Shown one piece after another: positions 44,853-53,980 of a stretch of 64,000 nt of DNA. Both the position numbers and the translations under genes were made by a program. The notes beneath the pieces were generated by a model, which was not told the origin of the DNA, searched no databases, and saw nothing but the letters and a program-made list of their open reading frames with translations. Position 1 is the stretch's first letter. Every line of letters starts with the position of its first letter. This stretch comes from Candidatus Latescibacterota bacterium. Lineage in GTDB: Bacteria; Latescibacterota; UBA2968. The stretch covers positions 4,732,686-4,796,685 of the forward strand of contig OZ241986.1 of the NCBI GenBank assembly GCA_965204375.1, given 5' to 3'.

Positions 44853-45241
44853 AGTTGCTTCTCGACACGCACACGTTTCTTTGGTTTATCAATGGGGATG
44901 CCAATCTCAGTGCCGCTGCCAGACAACTAATCGAAAATCATGAGAATGAGCGCCTATTGAGCATTGCGAGCCTGTGGGAGATGGCAATAAAGGTCAGTAT
45001 TGGAAAACTGGAACTGAACATTTCCTTTGCTAACTTATTGGAACAACAAATCACCGGAAATGCGATTGATCTCCTTCATATTAGTCCTGCCCATCTCGAT
45101 GTTCTCAAAACCCTTTCCTTTCATCATCGCGACCCCTTTGACCGCCTCATCATTGCTCAAAGTATTGTTGAAAATGTCCCGATTTTAAGTCGAGATATAA
45201 CATTTGATTTATATCCGATTGAACGAAGGTGGACGACCTGA
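44849..45241 (+). CDS. vapC: PIN-domain toxin (VapC family)
   Basis: 130 aa, GTG start. LLLDTHTFLWF, SIASLWEMAIK and HRDPFDRLIIAQS are typical VapC blocks. Confidence 0.75.
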   Translation: MKLLLDTHTFLWFINGDANLSAAARQLIENHENERLLSIASLWEMAIKVSIGKLELNISFANLLEQQITGNAIDLLHISPAHLDVLKTLSFHHRDPFDRLIIAQSIVENVPILSRDITFDLYPIERRWTT

Positions 45242-45250
45242 CCTGATAGC

Positions 45251-47665
45251 TCACTCATCTCGCAACGCATCCACGGGATTGCGGCGCGCGGCTTTCAGTG
45301 TTTGAAAATTCACTGTCAACAACGCGACTAACAGGGTCAGTATCCCGGCGAGGCCAAAAACGCCTATGCTCAGTTCAATGCGATATGCGAAGTTGGTCAA
45401 CCATTGATTCATCATCCAGTAGGCAACAGGATAGGCGATGATGTTGGCGACCAGTAGTAACTTGATAAAATCTCTGGAAAACAACCACATCACATGATGG
45501 ACAGAAGCCCCCAGCACTTTCCGAATCCCAATCTCCTTTGTCCGCCGCGCAACCGCCAGCGACGCCAGTCCGAATAATCCCAAACACGAAAGCAGGACAG
45601 CCACGAGAGCCGAATGGCTCAATACGCGAAACCAATAGACCTCATTGGCATACTGTTGATTCAGGTTTTCATCCAGAAACGAGAGTTCAAAAGGCATATT
45701 GGGTGCAACTTTTTCCCAGGTGTTTTTGAGCATCCCAATCGTTTCAAAAATTTGGTCTGAGCGCAGGCGAACCAGCAAAGATGGATAAGTTCTGTATTTT
45801 TCCATCACCAATGCCACCGGCTCAATTGGTCGATGCAAAGATTCTATGTGAAAATCGCGCACCACACCAATAATAATGGGGTCTTCAACGCCTTCCCGGC
45901 TATAGCCTGCATTCCAACCAAAACCCGTCAGCGTTTCTCCTACCGGATTTTCAAAGAATTGCTTTGCCAGCGTTTCGTTGATCAAGATTGCTTTAGTCAT
46001 ATCTGACGGATGATCTTTTGAAAAATCTCGGCCCTCGACCAGTGAAATTTCTAACGTGGATAGATAATCGACATCTACGCCAATCACCCTGAAGGTAATC
46101 TTTCTGCCATCAGGCAATTTATAAGGGTACGTGGAATAACCCATTACTGAGGGTGGACGATCCGTAATTGTAACACCCGCAATGCGTGAGTCGTTTACAA
46201 TGGCTTCCTTATAGGGTTTTGCCAACTGTCGACGACCTGTCTGAATAACAACGACCTGCTCTTTGTTAAAGCCCAGGTTTTTGTTACGCACATAATCCTG
46301 CTGTTGAATCATCACACCTGTGCCAATGATGAGGGCTATGGATGTCGCATATTGCAGAATGATTAACGTGCGCGTCAAAAAGTTGCGCCCACCAAGGCGC
46401 GCTTCGCCTTTTATGGCTAAAACAGGTTGAAACCGCGATAAGACCAGAGCGGGATAACTGCCAGCGATTAGTCCGACAATGCCGAGCAGGAGCAGCAATA
46501 CCCACCAATCGCCAAAATAAGCGAGGGTCAATTTTTGATGTACAAATCCGTTGAATACGGGCAAAAGGATTTCGGCAAGTGCAGTGCCCACGAGTAAGCC
46601 CAAAAAGCACAACACCAGTGCTTCGCTCCAGAACTGCTGAATAATCTGACCTCGCTTGGCGCCTACCACTTTGCGCAATCCCACTTCTTTTGCCCGCCCG
46701 GAAGATTCTGCGACCGATAGGGTAATAAAGTTGCTGCACGCAATGAGCAAGACCAGCCATGCAAGCCCCCACAAGATATAAACCCCTGTTGGATTGCCCT
46801 GCGGTCCATAGCGATTGGGAATGTCTGTATTCCAGTACACATCCGTCAGGGGTTGAAGAATAAAGTTAAATGGTTCGCTTTTGGATCTATCTTCCCGCAA
46901 CTTTTCTTTTTTTGACCAATGGTTGAGATCGTCAATTACGCGAGAAGCATTTGTTTCATCTATTTGCACAAAAATCCATGCACAGGCACCACGGCTTCTT
47001 GCAAGAGGGAAACCTTTTTCAGCTTTTGTCGAAACCAACACATCGAATTGAAGACTCGATGTTGTAGGCACATCTGCCATAACACCTGTCACGACAAATT
47101 GCTTATTGTTTGCGGTCAGTGCTTGCCCTATTAGCGCGTTGTAATCCTGTACATCTCCAAAAAATTTGTGTGCAATGGTTTCAGTAATCACCATGCCATC
47201 TGGTCGGGTAAGTACAGTCTCTGGATTCCCGACCAGCAGTGGAAACGTGAACATTTGAAAGAAATTTGTGCTCACAATCCCAATGTCCTGTGGGAATGTC
47301 TTTTCATCCCTTGTGATTTTCGCCCACCTACTCTCCCATCCACTACTGCGAATCCGCATAAATGCACAGGCTTGTTCAACACCAGGCATTTCATCTTTTA
47401 ACGCATCGACAACCCAAAGCAGATGCACAGTATCCCAGAGATTAAATGGAATCGCCTTCCCGTCCGGTTGAAGTCTTTGCGCTACCAACCGAAACATCTG
47501 ATCGTGGTTCTCGTGAAACTGATCGCGTGACCATTCGTGTTTGACAAACAGAGCCATCAAGATACAGCAGGCAAGTCCCAGCCCGAGGCCGAACACATTG
47601 ATGAATGTGTAGAGCTTCTTTCGCATTAAATTGCGAATCGCAACGGTTAGATAATTTTTGATCAT
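45251..47665 (-). CDS. MacB/FtsX-type ABC transporter permease, internally duplicated
   Basis: Start at MIKNYLTVAIRNLMRKKLY (ATG 47665). CSNFITLSVAESSGRAKEVGLRKVVGA and CLGLFGLASLAVARRTKEIGIRKVLGAS. C-terminus NPVDALRDE. Confidence 0.85.
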   Translation of the reverse strand: MIKNYLTVAIRNLMRKKLYTFINVFGLGLGLACCILMALFVKHEWSRDQFHENHDQMFRLVAQRLQPDGKAIPFNLWDTVHLLWVVDALKDEMPGVEQACAFMRIRSSGWESRWAKITRDEKTFPQDIGIVSTNFFQMFTFPLLVGNPETVLTRPDGMVITETIAHKFFGDVQDYNALIGQALTANNKQFVVTGVMADVPTTSSLQFDVLVSTKAEKGFPLARSRGACAWIFVQIDETNASRVIDDLNHWSKKEKLREDRSKSEPFNFILQPLTDVYWNTDIPNRYGPQGNPTGVYILWGLAWLVLLIACSNFITLSVAESSGRAKEVGLRKVVGAKRGQIIQQFWSEALVLCFLGLLVGTALAEILLPVFNGFVHQKLTLAYFGDWWVLLLLLGIVGLIAGSYPALVLSRFQPVLAIKGEARLGGRNFLTRTLIILQYATSIALIIGTGVMIQQQDYVRNKNLGFNKEQVVVIQTGRRQLAKPYKEAIVNDSRIAGVTITDRPPSVMGYSTYPYKLPDGRKITFRVIGVDVDYLSTLEISLVEGRDFSKDHPSDMTKAILINETLAKQFFENPVGETLTGFGWNAGYSREGVEDPIIIGVVRDFHIESLHRPIEPVALVMEKYRTYPSLLVRLRSDQIFETIGMLKNTWEKVAPNMPFELSFLDENLNQQYANEVYWFRVLSHSALVAVLLSCLGLFGLASLAVARRTKEIGIRKVLGASVHHVMWLFSRDFIKLLLVANIIAYPVAYWMMNQWLTNFAYRIELSIGVFGLAGILTLLVALLTVNFQTLKAARRNPVDALRDE

Positions 47666-49360
47666 GAGAATTTCCTCCCATTGTTCACTATTCATCTCTC
47701 AGGGAATCCGCCGGATTTGCGCGTGCGGCTTTGAGGGTTTGGGCGGTGACCGTTGTGAGCACGACGAGGAACATGGCGACGCTGCCGAGTAAGAAGGCAC
47801 CAATACCCAATTCAGTGCGGTAGGCGAATATTTGCAACCATTGATTGGTCGCGTAATAGGCGATTGGGAATGCGATGAGGCTTGATAGGGCAATGTAGAG
47901 GACAAATTCTCGTGAGAGCAGGGACAAGATTTGCGTTTGTGATGCGCCCAATACTTTGCGAATGCCAATTTCTTTGGTGCGTCGCGCAGCGGCCAGTGCT
48001 GCGAGTCCGAATGCGCCGAGTGCGGCGATGAAGATGGCGAATCCCGTGGCGTATTGGATCATCTGGTTCCAGTATTCTTCCCTTTGGTATTGGTTGTTTA
48101 CGCCTTCATTGAGAAATGAGAAGTCGAATGTCTGGTTGGGTGCGACCTTTTCCCACTGTTTTTTGATAAATGCGATGGTGCCCGACACATTTTCGGGTTG
48201 AATGCGAACCAGCAGGCGATTATGCATTGGAAAGATGTACAGAATAGCGGGCACAATTTTGTGATGCAGGGAGCGAAAATGGAAATCCCGGACAACGCCG
48301 ATGATGGTCCTGTCTCGTCCAGCGTTGATTGTTTTGCCAATGGGATCTTCTATGCCGAGTGTTTTGACCAGTGACTCGTTGACAATGACCGCTTCTTCTT
48401 TATCGGTTGGAAATTCTTTAGAAAATGCGCGACCTGTGACGAGTTTGATGTCGAGTGTTTTGAACAGATCGTAATCTATCTGAATATTTTCAACGCGTTG
48501 CTTTGGGCTTCCTTCATAGGTTACACTGGCTCCATACTGTCCTCTGTTGTTTAATGGGTGACTGAGCCAGGTTGTGCTGATCACTGAGGGATGCGACAGC
48601 AGCAAATCCCGAAAAACATTTGGTAGGGTTTCGTTTTCTTCTTCGAGGTCATAGGTCGAGATGGCGACAACGTGTTCGGTTTGATATCCCAGGGGTTGGG
48701 TTCGCAAGTATGTGAGCTGGTTGCTCATCATCAGGGTGGTGATGAGCAAAAATATGGATAAGGCGAACTGAAAAACGATCAGTGCTTTGCCAAAGCGATT
48801 GCCCGTTTTGATTGTAAATCGGTTTGTTATGATTTGGGTTGGCTGGAATCGGGACAGGATAAAGGCGGGGTACCCTCCTGCTATGATGCCTACGAGGCTG
48901 ACAAGCAGAATGAGAAAGGCGAGTGTTGTGAAATTCATACCGTCGCCCATGGACAGGGATTTTCCAATTAAGTTGTTGAATGTTGGCAGGGCGAGTTCTG
49001 ATAGGGCGATGCCAACGATGAGTGCGATGAAGATGAGCAAGAGCGATTCGCCGATAAATTGATTTGCGATCTGTATGCGTTTTGCGCCGACGACTTTTCG
49101 CAAGCCGACTTCTCGCGCCCGCGTTGCCTGTCGTCCGAGGGTCAGGGTGATGAAGTTGACACAGGCGATAAATAGCACCAGCATTGTGATGCCAGATAAA
49201 ATGTATGAATAGACTTTTTGAACAAAGGGCCTTTGGGTAAAGGGCTGAAGTTTGAGTTGTTTTTTACTTTTTTCTCCCCACCAGAGTTTGACATATTTGG
49301 GAAATTGTTGTTCGATGCTCTTTGGGGATACATTCGGGGGGAGCATCATATACGTCGTCA

Positions 49361-50289
49361 GAAGCTGTTTTAAAATTATGGAGAAATAAAAAAAAGAGTT
49401 GAAAAAGCGTATTCATCAGTCCAAATTTAGGGTATCCAAAAACCTTAAAAAGAAAGGACATGCGATGAATACGCCAAGACAATATCCGACAAATGTCACC
49501 CAAGCGCAATGGCAACTGCTGATCCCCTTGTTGCCCAAACGCAAATGGCAAAAAGGAGGTCCCGGACGTCCACCTGCCAATTTGCGACGCGTGTTTGATG
49601 GCATCCTGTATCTGACGAAGACGGGCTGCCAATGGCGCATGCTGCCTCATACCTTTGGCTGTTGGCAAACCGTGTATGGCTATTTCAACAAATGGCGCGA
49701 GCAAGACATCTTTCAGCAGGTGCAACAAGCACTCTCACGTAGGGAGCGCAAACGGCAAGGGCGCAAGCCTGACGCATCAGCAGGCTGTATTGACAGCCAA
49801 AGTGTTAAGACAGCAACACAAGCAGACTCAAAGGGTTACGATGCGGGAAAGAAGATCAATGGACGAAAACGCCATCTGCTTGTCGATACCCTCGGACTGG
49901 TCATCAGCACCTATGTCTCACCGGCTAATCTCCAAGATCGTGATGGCCTCAAAAAGGTGCTCAATCAGTATTTTGAAACAGGCGTGACACGCTTACGCAA
50001 GCTGTGGGTTGATGGCGGATATCGCGGCGAAGACCTCAAGGAATGGGTCGCTGATAGAAAACAAACACATAAGATTGATCTTGAGGTCGTTACCCCAAAA
50101 GGGGAAGGCTTTCAAATAGTCAAACGCCGTTGGGTCATTGAACGCACCTTTGCTTGGTTATTCAATTTCCGCCGACTGTCAAAGGATTATGAACGCTTAA
50201 CGGACAACAGTGAAGCCTTTATTCACATCGGTATGATTTATCTCTTAATTAACAGACTTGCTTAAACGCCAGGGTTTTAAAACAGCTTC
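49361..50289 (+). mobile_element. IS5-family insertion sequence (IS1031-like group), 929 bp, 3-bp TCA target duplication
   Basis: Terminal inverted repeats GAAGCTGTTTTAAAA (49361-49375) and the reverse complement of 50275-50289. Flanking direct repeat TCA at 49358-49360 and 50290-50292. A single transposase ORF. Confidence 0.85.
49465..50265 (+). CDS. IS5-family DDE transposase
   Basis: N-terminal TQAQWQLLIPLLP...GRPPANLRRVFDGILYLTKTGCQWRMLP, the DUF4096-type HTH of IS5-family transposases. DDE region ...IDSQSVK...GKKINGRKRHLLVDTLGL...WVDGGY...VIERTFAWL. Start set at MNTPRQ (49465). Confidence 0.85.
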   Translation: MNTPRQYPTNVTQAQWQLLIPLLPKRKWQKGGPGRPPANLRRVFDGILYLTKTGCQWRMLPHTFGCWQTVYGYFNKWREQDIFQQVQQALSRRERKRQGRKPDASAGCIDSQSVKTATQADSKGYDAGKKINGRKRHLLVDTLGLVISTYVSPANLQDRDGLKKVLNQYFETGVTRLRKLWVDGGYRGEDLKEWVADRKQTHKIDLEVVTPKGEGFQIVKRRWVIERTFAWLFNFRRLSKDYERLTDNSEAFIHIGMIYLLINRLA

Positions 50290-51001
50290 TCAGGTAATAT
50301 ACATTCCATCGGTTAGGGGCGCGCATCCCGGGGTGAGGTTCAAATGGCAGTAGTATGTCAAATTGAAGTGTGGAGTTTTTGGGCACGTTTTTCACGATGC
50401 CCGTGATGGTGTAGTTTTGAATTTCTTGATCGAAGTACTGAATTGGAAGCACTTCTCCAACCGGGTTGGCGTTGTTGAAATACTTCTGAGCGGTTTTTTC
50501 TGTTATGAGTGCTGAATACTTGTCTTGAAGGGCCTGGGCAGGATCGCCATGAAGGATTGGAAAAGAGAAAATATCGAAGAAGTTGGGATCGGCAAATCCC
50601 ACATGTGCTTCAAAAATGCGATCTTCTGTACCAATTTTTCCCGTTAGGTACGGAGAATGATAGACACGAACTGTCTGCATTGCGGGGAATGCTTCTGCTA
50701 TTGCGGGTCCGAGGGGGTCTGGCGATACACCAGAAGCGCCGGGAGAAACCAGATAGATATTGTCGGCGTTTTCGTGAAAGGTGTCATAGGTCCATTCGTT
50801 TTGGACAAAGAGGTAGGTGAGGATGCAGAAGGCGAGGCCGATGGCAATGCCGATGATGTTAATAGCAGAGTAGATGCGGTGTCTGGCGAGGTTGCGGATC
50901 GCCGTTTTCAGATAGCTACTGAATAAAGATATTTCAGTGAACATTGGTCTCTCCTGTGTATGGTGTGGCGTAAACTCTATATTTTATTTTATCAGGTGCG
51001 A

Positions 51002-51580
51002 TCAGCCCGCCCAGCCTCCCAGTTGTTTTTCCAATGCGCGTTTTAGCTGATGGCGTCCGCGGTGGAGCCAGATTTTCACAGAGCCGAGGGGTGCTTGCAT
51101 TTCCCATACGATTTCGCGGTAGGACAGTTCTTTTATGTAGCGAAGCCACATTGCGCGTTGTTGTGTCTGGGGCAATGTGCGCAGGCCCTGTGCTATGAGT
51201 TGATGGCGTTCTTTTTTTATGATGCTATCTTCTGGTGTTGTCAGAGTAATTGGTTCGGGCATTTGTCGCGCTGCTGTTTCCATACCATCTTTTCGGGACA
51301 GCCGGGACCGGAGGTGTGACCGCCCGACGTTGATGGCAATGCGCGTTAGCCATGTTGTGAATGCCGATTTGCCGCGAAACTGGCGCAGGCTCTGAAAGAC
51401 TTTCATGAATACCACCTGCATCAGGTCTTCGGTTTCCTCGCGGTCCTGCACATATCGCCCGACAATGGCGCGTACGCGGCTCTGGTGCAAATAGTAGAGT
51501 TTGCCAAACGCGCTTTTGTCGCCGGCTTTTATCATGTGGACCAATTGCACATCGTTTTCTATGTCTGATTGTTTATTCAT
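51002..51580 (-). CDS. ECF-type sigma-70 family RNA polymerase sigma factor
   Basis: 192 aa. Region 2 (EDLMQVVFMKVFQSLRQFRGKSAFTTWLTRIAINV) and region 4 (LPQTQQRAMWLRYIKELSYREIVWEMQAPLGSVKIWLHRGRHQLK). Its start overlaps the upstream permease stop by 8 nt (ATGAATAA). Confidence 0.85.
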   Translation of the reverse strand: MNKQSDIENDVQLVHMIKAGDKSAFGKLYYLHQSRVRAIVGRYVQDREETEDLMQVVFMKVFQSLRQFRGKSAFTTWLTRIAINVGRSHLRSRLSRKDGMETAARQMPEPITLTTPEDSIIKKERHQLIAQGLRTLPQTQQRAMWLRYIKELSYREIVWEMQAPLGSVKIWLHRGRHQLKRALEKQLGGWAG

Positions 51581-53936
51581 ATCGCAATGCCTCCACGGGG
51601 TTCATTTTTGCAGCTTTTATGGCTTGCAGGCTTACTGTTCCGATTACGACCAATAGGGTCAATACACCGCCCAGCGCGAATGCTCCGATGCCCAGTTCAA
51701 TTCGATACGCGAAGTCCGATAGCCATTTGCTCATTGCCCAATAGGCGACGGGCCAGGCGAGTACGTTTGCAATGCCGACCAGCAGAACGAATTCGCGCGA
51801 TAGCAAACGCACGACGTTTGTGACGCTGGCGCCCAATATTTTGCGAATGCCAATTTCTTTGGTGCGCCGGGTCACGGCGAGTGCTGTCAATCCAAATGCG
51901 CCCAGACACGCGATAAAAATGGCAAATAGGGTTCCGTATCCGATCATGCGATGCCAGCGCTCTTCGGTTCGGTATTGGCGATCTATGCCTTCGTCGAGAA
52001 ATGAATATCGGAAGCCAGGGGATTGTGTTACGGCTTCCCATTGCGCTTCCATAAATGTTAGTGTGCCGGGGATATCGTCGGCACGCACCCGAACCAGCAA
52101 TCGGCTAAATTGATGTTCTGGATCGCATTTCAGGAGTGCGGGGCCAATTTTGTGGTGGAGAGAGCGAAAATGAAAATCGTTTACCACGCCGATTACTGTC
52201 ATATCATCAAAAAATTTCAGTGTTTTTCCGAGGGGTGGTCCCGGTCCCAGTTGTTTGGCCAGGGTTTGGTTGATGATTACAGATGCGGTGGGGTCTGTCA
52301 CAAGGTCCCGTGAATAATTTCGTCCTTCGATCAATTTGATGTCGAGCGTTGGCACAAAGTCGTAATCGACAAAGAAGACCTCCACGCCTGTTAAGGTTGT
52401 TCCTTCATGTACCACAACCCCGCGCGACTGGTATCCATTCCGCATCATGTGATATATTGGGGTCACGCCGAGAATTGCGTGATGGGATAAGAGGGCGTCT
52501 CGATAGGTTTCAATGCCTTTTGGTCCCAGGCCTCGCAGCTTGCTGAGGCGACTGACGACAATCAAATGTTCGCTGTCAAATCCCAGGGGTTTGGTCCGCA
52601 AATAGTCGAGTTGAGAGGTCATGATGAGGGCGCTGATGACGAGGACCGCAGACAGCGCGATCTGGAAGACCACGAGAAACTGGCTGAATAATCCCGCACT
52701 GACAATTTTCAATCTGCCTTTGAGTACGTGGATTGGCATAAATCCGGATAGGACAAAGGCCGGATAGGTACCTGCGAGCAGGCCGACAATTAGAGCCAGA
52801 CCTATGAGCGAGGCAAATGCCAGACCATCCAGATGTGCAACTATGGATAGTTTTTGCGCCATGAGGTTGTTGAACAATGGCATTAAAAGTTCTGATAGTG
52901 CGAGTCCGATTACAAATGCTATGAGGCTCAAGAGCACGGATTCTGTGAGGAATTGCACGATGACCTGGGGTTTGTGTGCGCCAACGACTTTGCGGATGCC
53001 GATTTCCCGCGCCCGAGAAGCCGACCGTCCCAGGGCGAGGGTCATAAAGTTCACGCATGCGACAAAGAGTACCAGGGCTGTAATGCACAACAGGATGTAG
53101 CTGTATGCCGGGTCAGTGGCGGGTTCGGGTGCGCGGATATTTGGACTGAAATGCACATCGGTAAGGGGTTGCAATTTCATCTCCTGCTTTTCTCCCATGA
53201 TGGGCCAGGACCAGTTTAGAAAACGCGGAAATAATTTTTCTATGTCTTCGGGGCGGACCTGATTGTGGAGTAAGACGTAAATGCTGGTGTCTGTTGTGTA
53301 ATTCCACGAGTTGAGCGCGTCTTCGACATTCTCATAGGACTGGATGCAGCCGAATTGAATGCTGGATGTTTCGGGGGTATCTTTCACGATGCCCGTAATT
53401 AGAACCTGATGGATTTTTGAGTTTCTTGTGAAAGAGATCGTTTTCCCCATTGGGTCGGTGTTGCCGAAGATTTTTTGCGCGGCTGTTTCTGATATGACAA
53501 TGGCGTCTTTGTGGTCCAGTGCTGTTGCGGGGTCGCCTTTTATCAGGGGAAATGTGAAGATATCCCAGAAACCCGGATCGACATAAATAACGCGCTCTTG
53601 AAATGAATGGTCGCCATATTGGAATGTGCGAGAAGTGGTATTGATTCTCACGACCTGCTGCATTTGTGTGGGGAATGCTTCTGCCAATACAGGACCAAGA
53701 GGACCCGGCATATAAGCCGAGGCATCACTGCCTTCTCCCACTTCTCCTTTATTGTAAACGCGATAAATCCGATCTGCTTTTTCGTGGAATGCGTCGAAGG
53801 ACCATTCGTGTCGTACGTACAGGAAGGTCAAGATGCAAAACGCGATCCCGATTGCCAGGCCGGTGATGTTGATCGCTGAATACACTTTGTAGCGGACGAG
53901 GTTGCGGTACGCCACGGTCAGGTAATTGCGGAACAT
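51573..53936 (-). CDS. MacB/FtsX-type ABC transporter permease, internally duplicated
   Basis: 787 aa. MFRNYLTVAYRNLVRYK. CVNFMTLALGRSASRAREIGIRKVVGA and CLGAFGLTALAVTRRTKEIGIRKILGAS. C-terminus NPVEALRYE. Confidence 0.85.
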   Translation of the reverse strand: MFRNYLTVAYRNLVRYKVYSAINITGLAIGIAFCILTFLYVRHEWSFDAFHEKADRIYRVYNKGEVGEGSDASAYMPGPLGPVLAEAFPTQMQQVVRINTTSRTFQYGDHSFQERVIYVDPGFWDIFTFPLIKGDPATALDHKDAIVISETAAQKIFGNTDPMGKTISFTRNSKIHQVLITGIVKDTPETSSIQFGCIQSYENVEDALNSWNYTTDTSIYVLLHNQVRPEDIEKLFPRFLNWSWPIMGEKQEMKLQPLTDVHFSPNIRAPEPATDPAYSYILLCITALVLFVACVNFMTLALGRSASRAREIGIRKVVGAHKPQVIVQFLTESVLLSLIAFVIGLALSELLMPLFNNLMAQKLSIVAHLDGLAFASLIGLALIVGLLAGTYPAFVLSGFMPIHVLKGRLKIVSAGLFSQFLVVFQIALSAVLVISALIMTSQLDYLRTKPLGFDSEHLIVVSRLSKLRGLGPKGIETYRDALLSHHAILGVTPIYHMMRNGYQSRGVVVHEGTTLTGVEVFFVDYDFVPTLDIKLIEGRNYSRDLVTDPTASVIINQTLAKQLGPGPPLGKTLKFFDDMTVIGVVNDFHFRSLHHKIGPALLKCDPEHQFSRLLVRVRADDIPGTLTFMEAQWEAVTQSPGFRYSFLDEGIDRQYRTEERWHRMIGYGTLFAIFIACLGAFGLTALAVTRRTKEIGIRKILGASVTNVVRLLSREFVLLVGIANVLAWPVAYWAMSKWLSDFAYRIELGIGAFALGGVLTLLVVIGTVSLQAIKAAKMNPVEALRYE

Positions 53937-53980
53937 TTTATTCTCCTTGGCTGTCCCAGGCGGTCAGGACGAAGCCTGTT

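Larger units (their letters stand above)
47688..50944 (-). pseudogene. subfamily-B MacB/FtsX-type permease gene split by an IS5-family insertion
   Basis: The N-terminal fragment 50944-50290 (MFTEISLFSSYLKTAIRNLARHR...NRWNVYYL) runs into IS sequence. The C-terminal fragment 49357-47688 continues as TTYMMLPPNVSPKS. Removing the IS and one TSD copy restores ...NVYYLTTYMMLPP..., collinear with the paralog sequence ...NIYYLATYMMLPQ... Confidence 0.85.
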
